Positions 17,087 to 25,936 of a DNA stretch of 55,150 nucleotides are shown here, in pieces. Numbering within the stretch: the first letter of the stretch is position 1; each line of letters starts with the position of its first letter. The notes beneath the pieces are model-generated. The model was not told the DNA's origin, searched no databases, and was given only the letters and a program-made list of their open reading frames with translations. Source of the DNA: Gammaproteobacteria bacterium (GTDB lineage: Bacteria > Pseudomonadota > Gammaproteobacteria > Pseudomonadales > Azotimanducaceae); the NCBI GenBank assembly GCA_002728675.1, contig PBVL01000058.1, positions 2,232 to 57,381 of the forward strand, given 5' to 3'. The position numbers were made by a program, and so were the translations under genes.

Positions 17087-17989
17087 TCAGAAGATGCTGA
17101 GGAGTTCCTCGAAGGCCACCATCTGACCGCCATTTGCCGAACTGGGCACAAGGATTGGCGTCTTGATGCCGGCATCGAACCAGGCTTCGATCTGCTCGCG
17201 CACGTGGCTTGCCGGTCCGAACAGCGTCGTGTCCGCAAGCCACTTGTCGGTGAGGAAGTGCGGAATCCTGTCGCGCTCACCGTTGGCCAGCGCCTTCTCG
17301 ATTCCCTCCATCTCCTCGACGTAGCCCGCCTCTTTCCAGTAGTTCCGGTAATTTGGCAGCATGGCGTAGCTCGTGAGCGTCTTGCGATTCACCGCGGCCG
17401 CCGCTTCGATGTCGTCGTTGATGCAGGTCGGAATCATGTCACCGATAAAGAAGTTGTCATCGTTGCGCGTGGCATCCGAAACGACGGACAGCGATTCGGC
17501 CATGTGGGAACGGGCACCGTTCGCGAAGACCATACCGTCACCAATCTCCTCGGAGAGCGCAATCATCTTCTTGCGCAGTGTTGCGAGTACGATCGGCGCC
17601 AATTCCCCGACCCGCGGCACAGCCTTCAGGTCTTCGACAAACTGGCGCGTGTCCGCGAGCGGCTTGCCCGCCGAGATACCGCGGGCCTGAAGTGCCGGCG
17701 CATGACTGACGCCGACGCCGAAGCGGAATCGTCCATCCGATACCTCATGGATGAAACTTGCGGTCGCCGCGAAGTCCTCCACCGAGCGGAAATACATGGG
17801 CACTATGCTCGTTCCGAACGTGATCTCATTCGTGGCAAATGCAAGCGCTTCACACAGCGCGAGCGAGTCCCCGAGGCTCGGCCCGAAGATTCCGGTGAAT
17901 CCGCGGCGTTCGATCTCCCGCGCGAGTTCGATGGTCGCCTTGCGACGACCCGGTACAGCCGCGAGGCTGAGTGCTGGCATACGCGTCAT
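17087..17989 (-). CDS. LLM class oxidoreductase, probably F420- or flavin-dependent
   Basis: ORF 17087-18001 (TTG). ATG 17989 is preceded by GGAG at 6 nt. GRFRFGVGVSH and the TIM-barrel LLM pattern. Confidence 0.8.
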   Translation of the reverse strand: MTRMPALSLAAVPGRRKATIELAREIERRGFTGIFGPSLGDSLALCEALAFATNEITFGTSIVPMYFRSVEDFAATASFIHEVSDGRFRFGVGVSHAPALQARGISAGKPLADTRQFVEDLKAVPRVGELAPIVLATLRKKMIALSEEIGDGMVFANGARSHMAESLSVVSDATRNDDNFFIGDMIPTCINDDIEAAAAVNRKTLTSYAMLPNYRNYWKEAGYVEEMEGIEKALANGERDRIPHFLTDKWLADTTLFGPASHVREQIEAWFDAGIKTPILVPSSANGGQMVAFEELLSIF

Positions 17990-18139
17990 GTCTGTCTCCA
18001 AATCCGGCCAATTTGCGAATGCCGCGAGTCTAGCGCGAAACGCGCTGCTCGATTCCCCCCGCCCCCGCTGTCGGTTCGTGCCGATGCAGCGGCGCGTCCG
18101 GTGCTACTATCCCGGCACCGAAACGACCAAGGAATACCG

Positions 18140-18832
18140 GTGGCACGGCGTAGAGACAAGGCCCTCCGCACACAGAAAATTGCAGTCGGCGCTTTTGGCG
18201 TTCTCGTTCTCGGACTCGTCGGCTATCTGTTCTGGCTCGTCCTCTCCGAGGCCCCCTCGGGCGAGTTTGTCGAAGGCGAGCACTACTTCCTGATCGAGAA
18301 CCCGGCCAGGACGTCCGGCGAGCGCGTCGAGGTGACCGAGTTCTTTTCCTATGCGTGTATCCACTGTTTCAACTTCGACCCGATTCTCGAGGATTGGGTC
18401 GAGGACAACGCCGCACAGATCGCATTCCGCCGGTCGCCGGTGTTCACCAACGAACCCTGGCGGGTGTTGGCTACCCACTTCTACACCACACTCGAACTCG
18501 GCAATTTCGAAGAGGTGCACACAGCGTTCTTCCGCGAACTGCACGTTGCGAGCCGACAACTCCTGACCCGGGACGCCATCGCCCGATGGATCGACGGACG
18601 CGACGTGACCGAGGAGCGCTACATCGAAATGTACGGTTCCCAGCGGGTTCGCGCGCGGATGACGGCCGCCGACCGGCTTCAGCGCCAGCTTCAGGTAGCG
18701 ACCGTTCCGACCGTGGTGATCGCCGGTAAGTACCGCGTCCGGACCACCTCCGAAATCGGCCCGAAACGGATGCTCGAAATCATGAAGCACCTTGTCGACA
18801 AAGAACTGGCCGAGCGGCAACCAGCGGGCTGA
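18140..18832 (+). CDS. DsbA-family thiol:disulfide oxidoreductase with N-terminal membrane anchor or signal
   Basis: C-terminal third of track ORF 16889-18832; the rest is antisense to the LLM gene. GTG 18140 is preceded by AAGGA at 6 nt. Hydrophobic segment IAVGAFGVLVLGLVGYLFWLVL, redox motif FFSYACIHCFNF (CxxC), and VPTVVIAGKY cis-Pro region. Confidence 0.8.
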   Translation: MARRRDKALRTQKIAVGAFGVLVLGLVGYLFWLVLSEAPSGEFVEGEHYFLIENPARTSGERVEVTEFFSYACIHCFNFDPILEDWVEDNAAQIAFRRSPVFTNEPWRVLATHFYTTLELGNFEEVHTAFFRELHVASRQLLTRDAIARWIDGRDVTEERYIEMYGSQRVRARMTAADRLQRQLQVATVPTVVIAGKYRVRTTSEIGPKRMLEIMKHLVDKELAERQPAG

Positions 18833-19008
18833 CGCACCAAAGACATGACCTAACGGCTCCGGGATGTCGCCCGCGCCACTCCGGAGTCACGCAGATCGAG
18901 CGCAAGGCCCACATCGACGCCCTCGCGGCCAGCATCCTCATCGGCTTCAACATCCTGCTCGGGCTCAATCAGGCCCTGGTCAAGATCGTCAACGACGGGT
19001 TTGCGCCC

Positions 19009-19818
19009 GTGTTCCAGGCGGGCCTGCGCTCTGCGTGCGCCATCGTCCCGGTCCTCGCGTTTGCGCTGTATGCGAAGCGGCGCCTGTCTGTCACTGACGG
19101 TTCACTCGCCCCCGGCCTGATGAACGGCCTCCTGTTCTCGGCCGAGTTTTGCCTGCTCTTTCTCGCGCTGGACTACACGACGGTTGCGCGTGCTTCGCTC
19201 TTCTTCTACACAATGCCGGTCTGGCTCGCGATTGCCGCCCACTTTCTGCTGCCGGGCGAGCGGCTAACGCCGACAAAGGCATTGGGCCTTGGGCTCGCGG
19301 TCACGGGTGTCGCGCTGGCGCTGCTGGGCAACGACGATGACCCCGCGGCAACCCTGACCGGTGACCTGCTCGCCATCGCGGCGGCGCTCTGTTGGGGATC
19401 CATCGCGCTCTGGACGCGCGTCTCGCGCCTGCAGCACTGCAGCCATGAGATGAACCTCCTTTACCAACTCGCGGTCTCCGCCGTCCTGCTGATCGCTGTC
19501 GCACCGCTCTTCGACGACCTGGTACGGGAACCAACGGGCCTGATCGTCGGCATCTTCACATTCCAGGTTGTCGTGATCGTCGCGATCGGCTTCGTGGTCT
19601 GGTTCTGGCTGCTCTCGATCTACCCGGCATCAAACATCGCCTCGTTCAGCCTGCTTGCGCCGCTCGCCGGCGTGTTTTCCGGCTGGCTGATCTTCGACGA
19701 CCCCCTGACCCTCGGGTTCATGGCTTCGCTCGGCCTGGTCCTGGCGGGACTCGTGCTCGCGAACCGGCCGGCGGGCGCCGCCGCCCAGGCCAGGGCGACG
19801 GGTCAGCGGGATGCCTGA
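19009..19818 (+). CDS. EamA/DMT-family transporter (5' end unresolved)
   Basis: 269-aa ORF from GTG 19009 with multiple TM helices and two EamA-like halves. The same frame upstream (about 18895-19008) still encodes a convincing first TM helix but has no ATG/GTG/TTG. See findings. Confidence 0.75.
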   Translation: MFQAGLRSACAIVPVLAFALYAKRRLSVTDGSLAPGLMNGLLFSAEFCLLFLALDYTTVARASLFFYTMPVWLAIAAHFLLPGERLTPTKALGLGLAVTGVALALLGNDDDPAATLTGDLLAIAAALCWGSIALWTRVSRLQHCSHEMNLLYQLAVSAVLLIAVAPLFDDLVREPTGLIVGIFTFQVVVIVAIGFVVWFWLLSIYPASNIASFSLLAPLAGVFSGWLIFDDPLTLGFMASLGLVLAGLVLANRPAGAAAQARATGQRDA

Positions 19819-21031
19819 CACTGCCAGGGCGGAGGGCCGTGGATTCCTCGCGGCATTCGGGTCCCGCAGCTATCGCTTTCAATGGCCCGCCGATCTGCTT
19901 TCCTCCTGGGCGTTCGAGATGGAGACGCTCATCCTCAACTGGTTTGTGCTCGTCGCGACGGACTCCGTGCTGATGACGGCGGCCTTCTCCGCACTGGCCT
20001 TTGGCGGGACGCTGCTCAGTCCGTTTTTCGGCGTTCTGGCCGATCGGATCGACCGCAAGACGATGCTGATCACGATGCGCCTGACGTATCTCGCGCTTGC
20101 CGCGACCGTCATGACGCTCGGCCTGACCGGGAACGTCGAGCCCTGGCAACTCTTTGCCATCGCCGCGGTATCGGGTCTCTTGCGGCCCTCGGATCTGGTT
20201 GTCCGCCATTCACTGATCGCGGACACGTTCACCGCAGCCGCGCTCCCGAATGCGATGGGACTATCCCGCATCACGATGGACAGCGCGCGCATCGCTGGCT
20301 CTCTGCTCGGTGCGGGGCTGCTGTCCACCGTCGGGATCGGTGTCGCCTACGGCGCCGTGGTGGGCTTCTATGTCGTGAGTATTGCGCTCGCGACCGGGAT
20401 CGCGGCGCCGCGCCCGGCTGTGCGCACCGATGCCCATCCGTGGCAGGACCTGCGCCTCGGGTTCCGCTATGTGTTCGAGACGCCGACGATTCTCGGGATC
20501 ATGAGCCTGGCGTTCCTCGTCAACCTGACAGCCTTCCCGATCACCCACGGCTTGCTCACGATCGTGGCGCGCAACGTGTTTGGCCTCGACGAGAATGGAC
20601 TTGCCCGGCTCGTCGCAAGCTACGCCGTCGGCGCGCTGATCGGCTCGCTCATCCTTGCCGCCTACAAAGGTTCGCGGCCGGGCCGGGCCACCGTCATCGC
20701 TACGCTCGCCTGGTATGTGCTGCTCATGGGGTTCGGTCTGACCCGGGACCCCAGCCTGGGCATGGGGCTGATCGTGTTCATCGGGGCGGCGCAGAGCTTT
20801 TCGATGATCTCAATGTCGGTGTTACTGCTCACAACCGCGCACGAGGCATTCCGGGGTCGCGTCTCCGGGGTCCGGATGCTGGCCGTTTATGGCCTGCCGC
20901 TCGGCCTCATCATCGGCGGCGCGCTGATCGAACTGCTCGGCACCCACGTCACCTTCACCCTCTTCACTCTGACGGGAATCGCCTGCACCGTACTGATCGC
21001 ATTCCGTTGGCGGGTGCTGATCGAGAGTTAG
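19811..21031 (+). CDS. MFS transporter (12-TM, EntS/MFS_3-like)
   Basis: 406-aa ORF. Motif GVLADRIDRK between TM2 and TM3. 8-nt overlap with the EamA gene. Confidence 0.85.
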   Translation: MPDTARAEGRGFLAAFGSRSYRFQWPADLLSSWAFEMETLILNWFVLVATDSVLMTAAFSALAFGGTLLSPFFGVLADRIDRKTMLITMRLTYLALAATVMTLGLTGNVEPWQLFAIAAVSGLLRPSDLVVRHSLIADTFTAAALPNAMGLSRITMDSARIAGSLLGAGLLSTVGIGVAYGAVVGFYVVSIALATGIAAPRPAVRTDAHPWQDLRLGFRYVFETPTILGIMSLAFLVNLTAFPITHGLLTIVARNVFGLDENGLARLVASYAVGALIGSLILAAYKGSRPGRATVIATLAWYVLLMGFGLTRDPSLGMGLIVFIGAAQSFSMISMSVLLLTTAHEAFRGRVSGVRMLAVYGLPLGLIIGGALIELLGTHVTFTLFTLTGIACTVLIAFRWRVLIES

Positions 21032-21043
21032 GCTGCAGGGCAG

Positions 21044-22402
21044 TCACCGCGCGAAGCTGAACCGTCCCTGGTCTCCCGTGCCCGAGCGCATGACGAAGCC
21101 GGAGTCAGCCTCCACGAACTCGAGATCCTCCCCGAACATGCCGTTCTGCGGCCCATCGTCGAACCGGAATCGTCCGTCGCCCAGATAGGCGAAGCGACCG
21201 ATTCCGTCGCCCGGCGGGAGCGAGAGATCCAGCGGAATCGACACCAGCTTGCCGCCCAGCCGCTCCATCGCCAGCACACCCCAGCGGCTGCCATAGAAAC
21301 CGGCAACGCGATCGTAGTACGCCGGCTCGTCTGACGCGTCGGCGGCAAGCTCCCCCGCATGCGCGCCGGCATACCGCAGCAGGCTCGCGATGCCGTTCAG
21401 AAACAGCTGCGGCCGCCCGTCCATCGCACTCGTCAGCACGACGATGGTCACGCCAGTTGCGGGGTTCATTGCGGACGCGGTCATGTAACCCGGGTACGCA
21501 CCACCGTGCCCAACTGTCGTTTCGGCGCCGCTGCGATCTACAGCAAACCCGAGGCCCCAGGCGTACGGGCCATCCTGAAACTGCACACGCTGCATCTCCC
21601 GCCTGGATCGCTCGCTCAGGAAGTCCCCTCCGCCCGGTTGGTGACGGGCGTAGAAGCGCAGCAGATCGGGCACGTTGCTGCTGAAGCCCGTCGCCGAATT
21701 CATGGCACGAGCGTGAACGTGCGCAAACTGCTCACGGTCGCGATCCGGATAGGCGATGCCGTAGCCAGTCGCATGGCGAGGCTCCGTCGACTCGTCGAAG
21801 TCCGGAGCCGTGTCGGTCAGCCCCATTGGCCGGACGACGAGTTCAATGACGGCATTTTCATAGCTGCTCCCCGTAACCGCCTCGATGACCTGCCCAAGGA
21901 TCGTGAAACCCATGTTCGAGTATTTCCAATGCTCGACCGACTCGAACACGGACAGCCCTGCGCGGGCCTGGTCCCTGATCGCTTCCGGCTGCGGAAACTC
22001 ATCATTGAGCCAGTGGCCCGTCACACCGTCACGGTTCATACCGGAGGAGTGCGTGAGCAGCTCGCGCACCGTCACTCCCACGAGGTTCGCATCGGCATCT
22101 GACTCGAACCACCCAAGGTGCTCGCTAATGGGATCATCAAGGCGCAACCGCCCCGCCTCGAGAAGCTTCATGATCGCCGTCGCGGTGAAGAGCTTCGAAT
22201 GTGACGCGATGCGGTACAGCGTCGACGGTGTCGCGGGCTTTCGAGTCGCAAGATCCTCGAAGCCGTATGCGCGCGCAAAGAAAGTCTCGCCATTCACCGC
22301 CACGCCAACGGACAGACTCGGGACACGCTCGGCCCAGGAGGTAAAGTCCAGCCAGCGATCGAGCGCCCGGCTCGCCAGTGTCACTGTTTCACGTTGGTCC
22401 AT
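21044..22402 (-). CDS. serine hydrolase of the beta-lactamase / PBP4* / EstB family
   Basis: 452-aa ORF. SxxK (ASHSK), YxN (YSN) and HGG (VGHGGAYPGY) motifs in the canonical order. Confidence 0.85.
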   Translation of the reverse strand: MDQRETVTLASRALDRWLDFTSWAERVPSLSVGVAVNGETFFARAYGFEDLATRKPATPSTLYRIASHSKLFTATAIMKLLEAGRLRLDDPISEHLGWFESDADANLVGVTVRELLTHSSGMNRDGVTGHWLNDEFPQPEAIRDQARAGLSVFESVEHWKYSNMGFTILGQVIEAVTGSSYENAVIELVVRPMGLTDTAPDFDESTEPRHATGYGIAYPDRDREQFAHVHARAMNSATGFSSNVPDLLRFYARHQPGGGDFLSERSRREMQRVQFQDGPYAWGLGFAVDRSGAETTVGHGGAYPGYMTASAMNPATGVTIVVLTSAMDGRPQLFLNGIASLLRYAGAHAGELAADASDEPAYYDRVAGFYGSRWGVLAMERLGGKLVSIPLDLSLPPGDGIGRFAYLGDGRFRFDDGPQNGMFGEDLEFVEADSGFVMRSGTGDQGRFSFAR

Positions 22403-22570
22403 CTGTCGTTCCTGATCAGCTCATCTGCACGCCGGCCGAGGCGCCACCTCGGCTATGATGGCAGAACGAAGCCCCACAGGCGGCGAGCAACGTGACAAAA
22501 AGGCCCCGAACGCACGCGACCCAACCGACGCGCGCAGCTTCGCCGATCCGGCTGCCGGGACCGTCCGGCC

Positions 22571-24058
22571 GTGTCTGACGCAGCAGAACCGGGCACGCAG
22601 CCCGGCGATCGGACCGTCGGACATCGTCTTTCGATTGGCGTCATGCTTGCCTACGGCGTCGGCGACATCGCGCAGGCGATCAAGAACCAGGGGTTCAACA
22701 TCCTGCTGCTGTTTTTCTATCAGCAACTGGTGGGATTGCCGGGCACGCTGACCGGTCTGGCACTGGGGATCGCCCTGATGTTCGATGCCGTCACTGACCC
22801 CGTGGCGGGCGGTCTGTCGGATCGAATCAAGGGACGGTTCGGACGGCGTCATCCGATGATCGCCATGGCTGCCCTGCCACTCGCAATCTCGTTCTATTTC
22901 CTGTTCTCGCCGCCCGAAGGACTGTCGGACCTGACCGCGTTCCTTTGGCTGACGACCTTCGCCGTGCTCGTGCGGGGTTCGCTGACCTTCTATCACATCC
23001 CGCATCTGGCCCTCGGCGCAGAGATGGCGCACGACTACAACCAGCGCTCCACGCTGTTCGGCTTCAACGCGCTGCTCGGTACGCTGTCGGGAGCCGTTGT
23101 GAGCATCGTGATCTACAACGTGTTCTTTCCGCCGTCCGATGAGTTCCGGCCAGGGCTGCTGAACCCGGAAGGCTATCCGGCGTTCGCACTGACCGCCGGT
23201 TTCGCGATGATCGCCGCGCTTGCGATCTGTGTGCTCGGCACTGCGAAGGAAATACCCCACCTGCGCAAACCCGAAGCGACGAGTCGCTTTACGATCGCCA
23301 ATCTCCTGCAGGACATGGTTGCCGTCTTCCAGGACCGCAACTTCGTGATGGTGTTCTTCGGTTCGATTCTGATTGCACTGATCGGCTCGATCGAAGCGGT
23401 GGGGCAACCGTTCATGGGCGTACATTTCTGGGGCCTGACAACGAGGGAACTCAGCTACGGCGCGGGCGCCGCAGCGATCGCATTCCTGCTGGGGTTCAGC
23501 CTCATTCCCTTTTTCACCAAGCGGTTCGACAAGAAACCGTCGCTGATTGGCCTCGGCATCGTCGCCATTTCGATTGGCAACGTACCGATCTGCCTGCGTC
23601 TGCTGGACGTCTCCTGGTTCCCTGCCAATGAATCACCGATGATTCTCGTGATCTACATCTCGGTGATCTTCATCGGCGCATCGACGCTGCCGATATTGGG
23701 GGCGACCTACAACTCCATCTACGCGGATCTGGCAGACGCCCACGAACTGCGCACCGGCAAGCGTCGCGAAGGCGCGATCTATTCCACGCGGGCGTTCGCC
23801 AACAAGGCCACCGGCGCCCTCGGCCTGTTCATCGGCGGCATCATTCTCGACATCGTCGCGTTCCCGGAAAACGCGGAGTACGGCACGGTTCATCCCGACA
23901 TCCTCTGGAACCTGGGCCTGTTCGTGGGCCCCGCGACGTCCTTCTTCTCGCTGCTCGGCGTGATCTTCTTTTTCCACTACCGCATCGACCGGGCGCGGCA
24001 TCGTGAGATCATGCAGGAACTGGAGACCCGGCGGGCAGCAGAGGGCGAGCGTGCCTGA
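22571..24058 (+). CDS. GPH/MFS_2-family cation symporter
   Basis: 495-aa ORF (GTG). YGVGD......GFNILLLFFY...LGL and DAVTDPVAGGLSDR motifs of glycoside-pentoside-hexuronide-type transporters. Confidence 0.85.
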   Translation: MSDAAEPGTQPGDRTVGHRLSIGVMLAYGVGDIAQAIKNQGFNILLLFFYQQLVGLPGTLTGLALGIALMFDAVTDPVAGGLSDRIKGRFGRRHPMIAMAALPLAISFYFLFSPPEGLSDLTAFLWLTTFAVLVRGSLTFYHIPHLALGAEMAHDYNQRSTLFGFNALLGTLSGAVVSIVIYNVFFPPSDEFRPGLLNPEGYPAFALTAGFAMIAALAICVLGTAKEIPHLRKPEATSRFTIANLLQDMVAVFQDRNFVMVFFGSILIALIGSIEAVGQPFMGVHFWGLTTRELSYGAGAAAIAFLLGFSLIPFFTKRFDKKPSLIGLGIVAISIGNVPICLRLLDVSWFPANESPMILVIYISVIFIGASTLPILGATYNSIYADLADAHELRTGKRREGAIYSTRAFANKATGALGLFIGGIILDIVAFPENAEYGTVHPDILWNLGLFVGPATSFFSLLGVIFFFHYRIDRARHREIMQELETRRAAEGERA

Positions 24059-24076
24059 TGCGGCGCACCGCGGGGC

Positions 24077-24874
24077 CTACATACCTGACTTGCCCGGCGC
24101 GTAGCCGAACGTGACGTCCCACTCGTGGGGCAGGTCACGGAGTTCGCCGGGTACCTCGCAGTCCACCACCATGTCGAGACAGCTCTGCAGTACCCCGCGC
24201 TGCATCGCGTTGTCGAACGGTTTACCGAACGCATTGCCCATGGGGAAATTAATAAAGAGGCTCCGTGGCGGTCGCACCAGTTCGGTGAGATCGCGGCCCG
24301 TCGACAGGCACACGGTCGGAATCCCGCTCTCCTCGACTACACGACAGACCAGACCAACGGTCTGGTGGTCGAGGGGTCAGGCAGGGACCGCTATGAGCAG
24401 GTCCACCTCGTCTTTGTGCAGTTCGGCCACAAAGGCCGGGGCCGACTCTTCCATGACCTTGGTGCGGTTGTAGATCCGCCCCATGAAACCGCTCCAGAAG
24501 CGTTCGGCAACCGATCCAATCGTTCCATCCGCAACCATCTCGCGCAGGCGATCGATCGGGAACTGACAGTTCAGGTCCGTATCAGCGGACCTGTGATCGT
24601 AATAGCTGTCGTGGATCTGGAAGTCCTGGGTCGAGGTATCCGACGGGATCGCATCAAGGCGATGGTCGTTGCGCGACATGGGATCCCAGGCGGGCATCGC
24701 GCAAAGCGACATACCGCCGGAAGTCAGCATCGTGACCCGCGCTTCCGAGACGGGTTTGCCAGGGCGCGTGAGGGGCGCGTCCTCGTTGATCGTCCATCGA
24801 TACGGCGGATGACCCATCGCACCGTAATACCTGGCCAGCGCGTCGACGTAGCGGACCGGTTCCTGTCGCGGCAT
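24077..24874 (-). CDS. GrdB/PrdB-family (glycine/betaine/sarcosine/D-proline reductase selenoprotein B-like) protein with in-frame UGA (probable selenocysteine)
   Basis: Track ORFs 24377-24925 and 24077-24313 are in the same frame, separated only by TGA at 24377-24379. The read-through product is ...DEVDLLIAVPA-U-PLDHQTVGLVCRVVEESGIPTVCLSTGRD... A hairpin follows the UGA. Start taken at ATG 24874 (MPRQEPVRYVD...). Confidence 0.7.
24343..24370 (-). promoter_or_regulatory. SECIS-like mRNA hairpin downstream of the in-frame UGA
   Basis: mRNA: UGA CCCCUC GAC C ACCAGACC GUU GGUCUGGU CU GUC. There is a perfect 8-bp helix with a GUU apical loop starting about 10 nt after the UGA. It is extended by GAC/GUC across a small internal loop. 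Confidence 0.5.
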
Positions 24875-24998
24875 GTCGGTTTCTCCGTTGAGTGGCCCAA
24901 GAGTACGTGACCCGGCCGCGGGCATCCAATTCGAGGGACCGGACAGAGTCCGCTGCCTGGAACCGCGACGGTCGCAACCGCAGGTCAGGCACGCCCAA

Positions 24999-25811
24999 TC
25001 AGTGCTCCATCACCACACCACCGTCCTGGTTGATCGATTGACCGTGAATCCACGACGCGGCCTGCGTGCAGAGATAGGCGCAGAACGCCCCAACCTCCTC
25101 GTCGCTGCCCCAGCGCTGCACCGGCGCACCAGGGGCGAGTGCGGTCGCCACGTCGCCGGGTCGAACATCATCCATCCGCGACGTGTCGACCGGCCCCGGG
25201 CAGAGACAGTTGACGTTAATACCGGAGGGACCGAGTTCCCGCGCGAGCGACTGGGTCATGCCCACCATGCCGAAGTTCGCCGCGTTGTAGGCCAGCGTGT
25301 TCGCGCTGCCCCGCTTGCCGGCAATGGATGCCACGTTGACGATCTTGCCGCCTTCCCCCTGCGCAAGCAGTTGGGCAACGACCGCCCGTGTACAGGCAAA
25401 CGTGCCACGCAGCTTGACGTCGATGACGCGCTGAAAGAGGTCCGCGTCGAGTTCCCCGAGGGGTACCCGATCTGCGCCACGCGCGATTGCGGCGTTGTTG
25501 ATCAGGATGTCCACGCGCCCGAACTCGGCAACCACCTTCGCAACCGCATCCTCGGCGGCACCAACGTCCGTCACGTCAAACACGAGCGGGAGCGCGCGCG
25601 TCCCTTCAGCGCGGACTTGCTCGGCAGTGCTTTCGACGTCCCGCCAGCCGATCGCCTTCTCGTCTTCCGGGAACGTTGCGGGATCGCGCCCTGTCCCCGT
25701 GATCGCAACATCCGCGCCAAGACGCGCCAGTTCAACCGCGGCCGCGCGGCCGATCCCGCGCAATCTGCCTGCGCCCGTCACAATCGCCACTTTTCCGCTC
25801 AACTCTGCCAT
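24999..25811 (-). CDS. SDR-family oxidoreductase (FabG-like)
   Basis: ORF 24999-25961. The homologous part starts at the internal ATG (MAELSGKVAIVTGAGRLRGIGRA...). NNAAI and the catalytic YNAANFG (Y-x3-K-type region) are present. Confidence 0.85.
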   Translation of the reverse strand: MAELSGKVAIVTGAGRLRGIGRAAAVELARLGADVAITGTGRDPATFPEDEKAIGWRDVESTAEQVRAEGTRALPLVFDVTDVGAAEDAVAKVVAEFGRVDILINNAAIARGADRVPLGELDADLFQRVIDVKLRGTFACTRAVVAQLLAQGEGGKIVNVASIAGKRGSANTLAYNAANFGMVGMTQSLARELGPSGINVNCLCPGPVDTSRMDDVRPGDVATALAPGAPVQRWGSDEEVGAFCAYLCTQAASWIHGQSINQDGGVVMEH

Positions 25812-25936
25812 GTGGTACTCCCGGTCATCGACGCGTTCCATCCTACGCTCATTGCGCCACCGGTTTGCTTTTCGATCCGAACCCGGCATGGTGTGCCCCC
25901 CGCAGGCAATCACCTGACTTTCCACAGGTAACCCCC

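Noticed and set aside
16889-18139. N-terminal two-thirds of the 647-aa plus-strand ORF 16889-18832
   Set aside because: It is antisense to the LLM gene (17087-17989) and not protein-like. Only the part from GTG 18140, which has an SD, a TM segment and the DsbA fold, is credible.
24077-24925. Treating the two ORF fragments as independent small genes or as a plain nonsense pseudogene
   Set aside because: Three things favour Sec decoding: the fragments share one frame, the family-consistent context spans the UGA, and a hairpin sits at SECIS distance. This still needs the sel genes to be confirmed elsewhere in the genome.
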